A program made the translations under genes and the position numbers. Under the pieces are notes generated by a model. The model was not told where the DNA came from, did no database searches, and saw only the letters and a program-made list of their open reading frames with translations. Shown here one piece after another: positions 25,414 through 32,000 of a stretch of DNA of 32,000 nt. This stretch comes from Okeania sp. (GTDB lineage: Bacteria > Cyanobacteriota > Cyanobacteriia > Cyanobacteriales > Microcoleaceae), in assembly GCF_035285525.1 (NCBI RefSeq), contig NZ_JAYKGW010000224.1:1-32000 (forward strand), given 5' to 3'. Position 1 is the first letter of the stretch. Every line of letters begins with the position of its first letter.

Positions 25414-25659
25414 TAGGGCTTGCTGAATTATTTATCAAAGTTTTTACGGGCATTGCTTTCAGCATTTATAGATACTAAGAAAGTACCAACTTTTAGGTGA
25501 TTCCAGCTTAAAAATCTACGATTTTGAGCCAAACTAGGGGTAAAAAATTAAGGGAAGATTCTTCTGGCTACTTCTTCTCTGATTCCCATTCCTCCTAAAT
25601 TCTGGATTCACCGATTCTGGCTCCTCCCCTCTACTAAAAGACTTTTTCCGCAAACCCTA
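25414..25659. mobile_element. MITE, family A, inserted in repeat copy A (the empty site is preserved in copy B at ~28768)
   Basis: TAGGGCTTGCTGAAT … CCGCAAACCCTA, ~246 bp, near-identical in layout to 5500-5744. Copy B lacks it at the homologous point. Confidence 0.8.
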
Positions 25660-25778
25660 AATAGTGTTTACTCAAGGTTTGTTTCAGGTCTTCTATTTCA
25701 GATTTGCCAACAAAAATATGATTCATTAATTACTAAAAATTAGAGCCACTCAGCAAAAGTTTTTTTTACAATCAAAAC

Positions 25779-26843
25779 TTATCTTATTAAAGCAGGTGGT
25801 AAATCTTTAAAAGATGCACCTGCTCCATTATAAAGTGGTAATCCAAAAATATTTGGAGTCTCACAATGAGTAGGTCTGGGAAAACAAAAATTACTTAAAT
25901 TATTGGCTGCAATAAAGAATAAACGCTTCCTTTTTTGTGGCGTTCCATAATCAGTAGCTAGTAACTGTTTATGAGTAATTTCATATCCTATATTATTAAA
26001 TGATTTATAAATTTCTTCTATCATATTAGTAGCTTTAACCTGAGCTAAACCATAAACATTTTCCATAACCACAATTTCAGGTTGTAATTCCTGAATATGA
26101 GCCACATAATCTTGATATAAAACACCTAATGGATCATTAGTTGCAGCTTGTTTACCAGCAACACTGAATGGCTGACATGGCGGCCCCCCAATTATAATGT
26201 CAGGTTTTTTTCCTATTTTTTCTAGCACTATTTCAGGTTTTAAATCTCTAATATCTGCCTTGAAAAAATTCCATTTTGGGCGATTTTTTTTGATAGTTTT
26301 TTCCACAAAATCTTCTATATCAGTAGAAAAAGCAGTTTCAAAATTAATCCTTTCATTTGATGCTTGCTCGAAACCTAAATCTAGTCCTCCTGCTCCAGTA
26401 AAATATGAAGCTATTTTCAATATTCTACTCTTATTTTGTCTTTGAAAATAACGATTAATTTCTCCAGCAATAGCTTTCCCTAATCTCACTGGTACCGCAT
26501 TACCAATTTGCTTTTGTACTTGCCCTAAAGTACCACAAAACTGATAATTTATAGGAAAATCTTGTAAACAAGCAGCTTCCCTGGGAGTGATATATCTATC
26601 CTCTATAGGATGAACAAATTTATTAAAAATATGCGCTGTTACTGTTAGAGAAGGTTTATCCATTTCTAGTCTAATTAAACGCATATTCGGACCCCCTGTT
26701 TTTTTAGCTCCTTTCCTAACAAAACTTTTGTGTTGAAGTCGAGGGGGTAGATTACCCATTTTACCTCCAGGGGGGAGATTTTTTATCCTTTCTAATACAA
26801 TTCCTGTATATTCTCTAGTTTCGTGGTTTACTACCTCTATCAT
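25779..26843 (-). CDS. DNA (cytosine-5) methyltransferase, circularly permuted (motifs IX-X precede I-VIII)
   Basis: Motif order along the protein: IX-like ITPREAACLQDFP, X QIGNAVP, then I YFTGAGGLDLGF, IV GGPPCQPFSVAG, VI VMENVYGL, VIII QKRKRLFFIA. The ATG overlaps the upstream ORF stop (ATGA). Confidence 0.88.
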   Translation of the reverse strand: MIEVVNHETREYTGIVLERIKNLPPGGKMGNLPPRLQHKSFVRKGAKKTGGPNMRLIRLEMDKPSLTVTAHIFNKFVHPIEDRYITPREAACLQDFPINYQFCGTLGQVQKQIGNAVPVRLGKAIAGEINRYFQRQNKSRILKIASYFTGAGGLDLGFEQASNERINFETAFSTDIEDFVEKTIKKNRPKWNFFKADIRDLKPEIVLEKIGKKPDIIIGGPPCQPFSVAGKQAATNDPLGVLYQDYVAHIQELQPEIVVMENVYGLAQVKATNMIEEIYKSFNNIGYEITHKQLLATDYGTPQKRKRLFFIAANNLSNFCFPRPTHCETPNIFGLPLYNGAGASFKDLPPALIR

Positions 26844-27349
26844 AGTTCAAAATCTCTTAAAATTGGCTCTTCTATTGTTATTATATAATCAAAAATCCTT
26901 CTCATTTTTTCCTGTTTCAGGACATTAAAACCTGAGAGATTTTCAACATCTTCTTCATATCCCCACAAAATTTTTAGGAAAGGAGAAATATATTCTTCGC
27001 CGTGACGATATGCTGGTAAATTAGAGATTAGAGCAGTCTTTACTTCCCGATATTCTTTGTAATTAGAAGCAATTTTTAAGACTTGGTATATACCTTTTTT
27101 AATATCATCTGTTCTATCCATACCTACACTGGTTTTACTATCGCTAATTGACTCTCGAATTGGCCATTTATCTATAGTTTTAGCGATCGCAGGTGGCGAA
27201 CCACTGGCATTTGATAAGTAATACATTTTATTATTTTTATCCCTGTTTTGATAAGCTGTTTTTGCTTCTAACCAAGTTTCTACAAAACTAAAGACTATTT
27301 GTTGATTTTTAGGAGTAATAATAAGTTCTACAGCGCTTTCAAAAGGCAA
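26840..27349 (-). CDS. Hypothetical protein, translationally coupled to the methyltransferase; possibly the C-terminal fragment of a decayed restriction endonuclease
   Basis: Only a TTG start is available. An in-frame stop lies 12 codons upstream. There is a 4-bp overlap with the MTase start. No recognisable motif. Confidence 0.4.
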   Translation of the reverse strand: MPFESAVELIITPKNQQIVFSFVETWLEAKTAYQNRDKNNKMYYLSNASGSPPAIAKTIDKWPIRESISDSKTSVGMDRTDDIKKGIYQVLKIASNYKEYREVKTALISNLPAYRHGEEYISPFLKILWGYEEDVENLSGFNVLKQEKMRRIFDYIITIEEPILRDFEL

Positions 27350-27419
27350 GAGTTTGGCATATACTTTTCCTAGAGGAAGAATTTATTGATTGTGCATATA
27401 AAGAGCTGAACTTGCATTT

Positions 27420-27833
27420 TTAAGTTGAGATGTTTGTTAGTATTACTTTCTGATGAGGTTTCTCTATTTCGATATTTTGCAGATAAAAAAGCATAGGATA
27501 AGTTATTAAAGGAGCAGATTTAACTTCTCCAAAAATTAGCAATCCTTCTTGATGATATAAAATAGCATCTGCTAACTCTGTACCTCCAATCGAAACTACT
27601 TTTTCTAAATTATTTGATAATTTTTCTATAAATTTGAGGATAACTTCACTGCTTAATTTTCCAATAGCACCAGATTGCGGTTTAGCTGCTTTTTGGTAAG
27701 TCCAAATTTCTCCTTTTTCATAGCAAGGAGAACAAAGGTTTATAAATCCTATATGAAAATTATAGGGAGCTGGAAGATTGTCGCAACTTTCAATATATGT
27801 TTCTATTCCTGATGTCGCATCTATAATAAGCAA
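27420..27833 (-). CDS. Hypothetical protein with a PD-(D/E)xK-like motif; possible restriction endonuclease fragment
   Basis: ELAD-x13-GEVKS has the canonical D…ExK spacing. Only a TTG start is available. It overlaps the next ORF in a different frame. Confidence 0.35.
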   Translation of the reverse strand: MLIIDATSGIETYIESCDNLPAPYNFHIGFINLCSPCYEKGEIWTYQKAAKPQSGAIGKLSSEVILKFIEKLSNNLEKVVSIGGTELADAILYHQEGLLIFGEVKSAPLITYPMLFYLQNIEIEKPHQKVILTNIST

Positions 27834-27975
27834 GAGACATTACCACATCAAAACAAAAAGCATGAGTATGGGAATTTTTATTACTAGCCCAATCTAATAA
27901 TTTTTCAATGGTTGAACACCAAGGATATTCTGATAAAGGCGGTTTACCTTTGAATTTTTCTATAGCTAAATTCAC
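27790..27975 (-). CDS. Short ORF (61 aa, GTG start); possible N-terminal fragment of the same endonuclease
   Basis: GTG is preceded by AGGA. The ORF overlaps 27420-27833 by 44 nt out of frame, consistent with a frameshift. Confidence 0.25.
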   Translation of the reverse strand: MNLAIEKFKGKPPLSEYPWCSTIEKLLDWASNKNSHTHAFCFDVVMSLAYYRCDIRNRNIY

Positions 27976-28039
27976 TATTTTCCTATCTTTTTAATTAAAT
28001 AAAATGGGATATATTTAGCATACAATACAATAAAATAGA

Positions 28040-28066
28040 CTAATACGCATTTAAAATGCGTATTAG
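28040..28066. repeat. Perfect 27-bp palindrome CTAATACGCATTT-A-AAATGCGTATTAG
   Basis: Direct reading: 13-bp arms around one central base. It lies 65 bp upstream of the GTG at 27975 and ~195 bp downstream of the xisI stop. Confidence 0.9.
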
Positions 28067-28147
28067 CAATTAAAAAGTAAAAATTAATAAGAGTTTTGTT
28101 GTTAAACAGGTATAAAATAAATATGTCGTTTAAATGCTTAACAGCTT

Positions 28148-28819
28148 ATTAGAAAAAGCTTTTGATGAAACAAACTTGACTTGATATTGCTAAATTGAAA
28201 AACTTTGTTTCCACTAAAAAAATTAGTAGGGCAGATATTCAAAAAATGAATATTAGCTAATTTATTTCATACCAAAATCTGTGTATTTTCTTACTTCTGG
28301 TTCGTGGAAACCCAAGACAATATCTTTTTTAGGAATACCTTCTTTTACTAATTCATCAGCAATCCCATCTTCCGTATTATCGCACTGAATCCAAACTTGA
28401 TTATTTATAATTTCCACATGAATTAGAAAACTATGAAAATGTTTTTGCTCTATCCATCCTTCGGAAATAATCACATATTGCCCATTTTTATTGTCAAAAG
28501 CAGCACGATTTTTAATCGGAACATTGGCATATTTAATATCAACATAAGGCTGCATAACTTTACAGATAATCATCTGATAATTTTCTAGTTTATCCATTGT
28601 GTAATTTCCTCTTTTTCTGGATTAAAAATAATTAGTTTTAAGCTCTTATCCTCTAGCAACATTTGACCGATTTATAAACTGAATAATCTTTCAAAAACTG
28701 CTTTTCTGATTGCTATATATAGGACTCTTTCGGAACGAATATATTTGATGACTTTGTAATATAAATAGTATTGACCCAAAGTTTATTTCAAGTCTTCTAT
28801 TTCCGATTTGCCAACAAAA
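28148..28819. repeat. Direct repeat copy B (contains a duplicated 3' end of the NTase gene, intact xisI and part of xisH)
   Basis: 28148-28190 repeats the last ~35 nt plus the stop of CDS 24399-25235 (EKAFDETNLT stop). See copy A. Confidence 0.85.
28262..28597 (-). CDS. xisI: XisI family protein (fdxN-element excision controlling factor-like)
   Basis: The MDKLENYQ… start, GWIEQKHFHSFLIHVEIINNQVWIQCDNTEDGIADELVKEGIPKKDIVLGFHEPEVRKYTDF and the 111-aa length are typical of XisI. Confidence 0.9.
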   Translation of the reverse strand: MDKLENYQMIICKVMQPYVDIKYANVPIKNRAAFDNKNGQYVIISEGWIEQKHFHSFLIHVEIINNQVWIQCDNTEDGIADELVKEGIPKKDIVLGFHEPEVRKYTDFGMK

Positions 28820-29002
28820 CTTTTAACTTCTACTGCTATTTTCTGCCCTTCTTTTTCCGCAGCTAAGATTTTTTCCGCTCCTAAATCAATAAAGATGTCT
28901 TTTTGACCAATTTTAAGACTTAAAGGATCGTCAGTAATTACCCATCCATCTTTGAATTAGTGCTTTTTTAACGCATTCGTGGTAAATATCTTTGGCTGGC
29001 AT
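28585..29002 (-). pseudogene. xisH: xisH pseudogene (1-nt insertion plus two in-frame TAA stops)
   Basis: Translation gives MPAKDIYHECVKKALI, a frameshift near 28954, then KDGWVITDDPLSLKIGQKDIFIDLGAEKILAAEKEGQKIAVEVKSFVGKSEIEDLK. After a stop (28783-28785) comes TLGQYYLYYKVIKYIRSERVLYIAIRKAVFERLFSL. After a second stop (28672-28674) comes IGQMLLEDKSLKLIIFNPEKEEITQWIN. The span is 418 nt, i.e. 139 codons plus 1 nt, collinear with ~138-aa XisH and overlapping the xisI ATG. Confidence 0.85.
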
Positions 29003-29057
29003 TTTTAAGAATAAATAATAATTATAATTATATCACCAAGAAAAGTATATCTTAGCA

Positions 29058-29087
29058 GTAGGTTGGGTTGAGGAACGAAACCCAACA
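29058..29087. repeat. Hairpin repeat GTAGGTTGGGTT…AACCCAACA
   Basis: Self-complementary GTTGGGTT / AACCCAAC arms. Related copies lie at 29312-29343 (inverted), 31016-31067 and 13436-13469. Confidence 0.8.
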
Positions 29088-29311
29088 AAATATAGCGCTA
29101 TGTACAAGTAAAAAGCCATCTCTGACTAAATTGTTGGTTCGGAAATGCAGCACAAACAGAGTTTATACTATTTCTCTGTAACAATGCGCTTAATAATTTT
29201 TAGGCAGACCCGAATTTTACTAATAGCTGTTATTTTTTATTAAGTGCAACATTAAGTTGAATTGGTATTAGAATTATTCTAACCTAAAATCGTATTATAA
29301 TATAATATCTA

Positions 29312-29343
29312 TGTTGGGTTTCACTTCGTTCTACCCAACCTAC
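29312..29343. repeat. Hairpin repeat TGTTGGGTTTC…CCCAACCTAC (inverse orientation)
   Basis: Its reverse complement matches 29058-29087 at both arms. Confidence 0.8.
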
Positions 29344-29369
29344 GTTTTTACTAATAATTAATAACTAAA

Positions 29370-30905
29370 ATGAAAGCATATATTATTGGAGCTGGACCCG
29401 GAACTAAAGAATATTTAACGGTCAAAGCATATTCCCTAATTACTCAAGCAGAAGTATTAATTTATGATGCTTTAGTTGATAATTCTATTTTAGAATTAGC
29501 ACCAGAAAATTGTTTGAAAATAGAGATGGGTAAACGTGGCGGTAAACCCAGTATTTCTCAGTCAGAAATTAATAGTTTATTAGTAGAAAAATGTCGTTTA
29601 GGAAAACAAGTAATTAGATTAAAAGGAGGCGATCCTTTTATTTTTGGTCGGGCTACTTCAGAGATTCAAACATTAATTGAAGCTGGTTGTGATTTTGAAA
29701 TTGTTCCAGGAATTTCTTCTGTTTTAGCTGCACCTTTATTGGCAAATATTCCGCTGACAGACCCGGTAATGAGTAGAATTTTTTTAGTCTTAACTGCTCA
29801 TAATATCGAAGCATTAGATTGGGAAACAATATCTAAAATTGAAACTTTAGTAATTTTAATGGGAGGAAAAAATTTAGGTCAAATTTTACATCAGTTATTA
29901 AGACATCAAAGAACCCCCCAAACTCCTGTTGCTATTATTCAAAATTGTGCCACTCCTAAACAACAAATTTGGATTGGTACCTTGAGGGATATTGCTCAAA
30001 AAACTTATGCTGAATATTTGTCGCCTTGTGTGATAATTGTAGGAGAAGTAGTTAGATTAAGAGACTATTTAAAATATCCAAATAATATGATTAAAGAAAA
30101 CTCAGAAGCAAAAACAGAAATAGCACCTTTAGCAAATAAAACTATTTTAGTAACTCGTTCCGCAGGGCAGTCTAGTAAGTTTACCGAACTTCTCAAAAAA
30201 CAAGGATCAAAAGTAATTGAAATGCCAGCTTTAGTTATTACTTCACCTTCAAGTTGGCACGATTTAGACATGGCTATTAATAATATAAATAGTTTTGATT
30301 GGTTAATTTTGACTTCAACAAATGGAGTAGAATATTTCTTTGCCAGATTAACAGAAAAAGGTAAAGATACTCGCGCTTTAGCTGGAGTAAAAATAGCAGT
30401 AGTTGGTAAAAAGACCGCAGAAAGTTTGCAGACTTTTGGTTTAACTCCAGATTTTATTCCACCTAATTTTGTGGCTGATTCTTTGGTGGCAAATTTCCCA
30501 GAAAATTTGAATGGAAAAAAGGTTTTATTTCCCAGGGTAGAAACTGGTGGTCGAGAAGTATTAGTAAAGGAATTAAATAGTCAAAATGCAGAGGTAATAG
30601 AAGTAGCTGCTTATGAGTCTAGTTGCCCAGAAAATATCGCACCGGAAGCTTTATTAGGTTTACAGAATTTGCAGATAGATGTTATTACTTTTGCTAGTTC
30701 TAAAACTGTGAGAAATTTTTGTAATTTAATTGAAAAAAATAAGGATAAGTTGCCTGAAAATTGGTTAGAAAATATTTGTATTGCTTCTATCGGACCTCAA
30801 ACTTCTGAAAGTTGTCAAAGTTTATTAGGTAGAGTTGATGTCGAAGCTAAAGAATATACTTTAGATGGTTTGACTTCAGCTATTATTGATAAAATTCAAA
30901 AGTAA
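29370..30905 (+). CDS. cobA: Bifunctional uroporphyrinogen-III C-methyltransferase / uroporphyrinogen-III synthase (CobA-HemD fusion)
   Basis: The N-terminal ~240 aa are a tetrapyrrole methylase: IIGAGPG, VLIYDALV, RLKGGDPFIFGR, VPGISS. The C-terminal ~260 aa are HemD-like: ILVTR, WLILTSTNGV, VGKKTA, ITFASS. Confidence 0.88.
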   Translation: MKAYIIGAGPGTKEYLTVKAYSLITQAEVLIYDALVDNSILELAPENCLKIEMGKRGGKPSISQSEINSLLVEKCRLGKQVIRLKGGDPFIFGRATSEIQTLIEAGCDFEIVPGISSVLAAPLLANIPLTDPVMSRIFLVLTAHNIEALDWETISKIETLVILMGGKNLGQILHQLLRHQRTPQTPVAIIQNCATPKQQIWIGTLRDIAQKTYAEYLSPCVIIVGEVVRLRDYLKYPNNMIKENSEAKTEIAPLANKTILVTRSAGQSSKFTELLKKQGSKVIEMPALVITSPSSWHDLDMAINNINSFDWLILTSTNGVEYFFARLTEKGKDTRALAGVKIAVVGKKTAESLQTFGLTPDFIPPNFVADSLVANFPENLNGKKVLFPRVETGGREVLVKELNSQNAEVIEVAAYESSCPENIAPEALLGLQNLQIDVITFASSKTVRNFCNLIEKNKDKLPENWLENICIASIGPQTSESCQSLLGRVDVEAKEYTLDGLTSAIIDKIQK

Positions 30906-31015
30906 GAATTAATTAATGCAAAAGTCACAAGTTACAGCAGATTCCAACTAAATGTTTCCAGTGGGATTTTTCGCTTTCTTATTAAGAAGTTAAAGAGGTA
31001 GGTTAAAAAGATTAT

Positions 31016-31067
31016 TGTTGGGTTTCGTCCCATGCTGCGCAATGCTAACGCAAACAACCCAACCTAC
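31016..31067. repeat. Hairpin repeat TGTTGGGTTTCG…CAACCCAACCTAC with enlarged loop
   Basis: Same arms as 29312-29343. Confidence 0.75.
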
Positions 31068-31103
31068 GTCTGTTACATCATTTTAAAATGAAACAATCCA
31101 GTA

Positions 31104-31160
31104 GGGGCGGGTTTTATCTAGAATTTTTATACTGACTCTAAAATTTAGACAAACCCGCCC
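31104..31160. repeat. Inverted repeat GGGCGGGTTT … AAACCCGCCC (10-bp arms, 36-nt loop) between convergent genes
   Basis: Arms at 31105-31114 and 31151-31160. It could act as a bidirectional terminator, but the loop is long. Confidence 0.5.
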
Positions 31161-31203
31161 TTTCAGTTATCAGTTTTAGATAAAAAAAATCAATGAAAAA
31201 TTC

Positions 31204-31608
31204 CTACAATTTGTTATTTTTTTCTACTAAATAAATTCTCAAATAACGTAAAATCATCCAAGTTAATGTACAGCCTAATACATAGTACCAAAAATCCCAC
31301 CAAGAAAAACTATTTCCTAACAACAATCTCCCAATTAATGTAGCTCTAATAGCTTGTAAAAAAGGTGGTTTCCATAATTGCAGAAATTCTAGAAATGAAG
31401 TAACAAGAAACACCCAAAAAGATACTAAACCTGGTGAAAGTTGAGGTCGAATCAAAATAACTAATAAAATCCAGCACGCTTCATAAAAAATCGAACTAAA
31501 AGAATTATTCAACCATTCAGCAAACATTCCTTCATAGAACTTAGTTGCTAAACCTAAAATTACAGTCAAAATCAAACTTATAAAAATAATATTTCTGTAC
31601 TTTTTCAT
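31204..31608 (-). CDS. Small integral membrane protein (4 hydrophobic helices; DUF2809-like by recollection)
   Basis: 134 aa with hydrophobic segments, and a C-terminal LLGNSFSWWDFWYYVLG motif reminiscent of DUF2809. Confidence 0.5.
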   Translation of the reverse strand: MKKYRNIIFISLILTVILGLATKFYEGMFAEWLNNSFSSIFYEACWILLVILIRPQLSPGLVSFWVFLVTSFLEFLQLWKPPFLQAIRATLIGRLLLGNSFSWWDFWYYVLGCTLTWMILRYLRIYLVEKNNKL

Positions 31609-31744
31609 AACTTTAATAAGTAGAGAAAAGAAATTAATCTGAAAAATTTACCTCAATATTCTAACCAAAGTCAAAATCAACCCGGTTTCTAAGTTGCTAT
31701 TAAAAGCGATCGCCTGACTTTACCAATAGTAAATAAATATTTTT

Positions 31745-32000
31745 TTAGGTGAAAACTAAATCTAAAATTGCTTGAGCTGCCCGATCGCATACCCCTTCTT
31801 TTCCCAAAGATTGACGCATTTCTTGATAATCAGCTAATGTTTGATTACGACGTTGAGAGTTCAATAAAAGTTCCAAAGCTTCAGAAATAATATTTTCCGC
31901 AGTAGCATTTTCTTGGAATAATTCTGGTACAATAGATTTCATTTGCACTAGATTCGGTGGAGACATAAATGGAATCGAAAATCTCAGAATATTTCTCGCT
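31745..32000 (-). CDS. lpxB: Lipid-A-disaccharide synthase, C-terminal part (gene continues beyond the right window edge)
   Basis: The frame is open to base 32000 (…ARNILRFSIPFMSPPNLV…). VPELFQENATAENIISEALELLLN…MRQSLG…AAQAILDL parallels the E. coli LpxB C-terminus (ELLQEECEPQKLAAALLPLLAN…AAQAVLELA). Confidence 0.7.
   Translation of the reverse strand, partial: ARNILRFSIPFMSPPNLVQMKSIVPELFQENATAENIISEALELLLNSQRRNQTLADYQEMRQSLGKEGVCDRAAQAILDLVFT

Larger units (their letters stand above)
25199..25717. repeat. Direct repeat copy A of the NTase-3'end / xisI / xisH segment (with internal ~380-bp deletion and a MITE insertion)
   Basis: 25199-25359 aligns with 28148-28329. 25360-25413 aligns with 28712-28768. 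25661-25717 aligns with 28766-28819. Confidence 0.85.

Noticed and set aside
26197-26445. 82-aa + strand ORF inside the methyltransferase gene
   Set aside because: Antisense shadow ORF.
30065-30271. 68-aa antisense ORF inside cobA-hemD
   Set aside because: Shadow ORF at the linker between the two domains.
1-32000. CRISPR arrays, tRNA, rRNA, tmRNA
   Set aside because: All tandem repeats seen are contiguous 7- or 9-mers without spacers. I found no cloverleaf-like GTTCGAATC-type T-arm or rRNA-like segments on visual scanning. A covariance-model scan would be needed to exclude small RNAs fully.

Overview
AT-rich chromosomal segment that looks like a filamentous, heterocyst-forming (Nostocales-type) cyanobacterium. 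Evidence: about a dozen HIP1 octamers (GCGATCGC), 7-bp STRR-like tandem repeats after many genes, several MITE-like dispersed repeat families, a CpcS-type phycobilin lyase and an xisH/xisI pair. Coding content I can support, in order: an RHH plus coiled-coil repeat protein; a glycine-betaine-type ABC importer locus with one CBS-domain ATPase and two paralogous fused permease/binding-protein genes flanking an EgtD-like N-methyltransferase; a secreted metallophosphoesterase; CpcS; a pentapeptide-repeat protein; a methyltransferase-HIT fusion; a TerB / Mo-nitrogenase-C-domain protein; a four-helix-bundle (23S rRNA IVS / Avd-like) gene inside an inverted-repeat block; Obg; a zinc-ribbon Ser/Thr kinase; an MFS transporter; a pol-beta-type nucleotidyltransferase-fold protein; a 2.4-kb restriction-modification-like insert with a circularly permuted C5 cytosine methyltransferase; XisI next to a decayed xisH; a CobA-HemD fusion; a small membrane protein; and the 3' end of lpxB. 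I saw no rRNA, tRNA or CRISPR array. Best candidates for something new: (i) the orphan EgtD-like enzyme inside the betaine-transport locus, (ii) the R-M-like insert bracketed by 0.5-0.7 kb direct repeats, (iii) a tandemly duplicated promoter/sRNA-like unit at 13.3-13.6 kb, (iv) the four-helix-bundle cassette, (v) a 3.3-kb ORF-free, repeat-dense tract at 19.2-22.4 kb. All functional calls rest on motif recognition by eye and recalled family knowledge. No searches were run and none of the candidates is proven.
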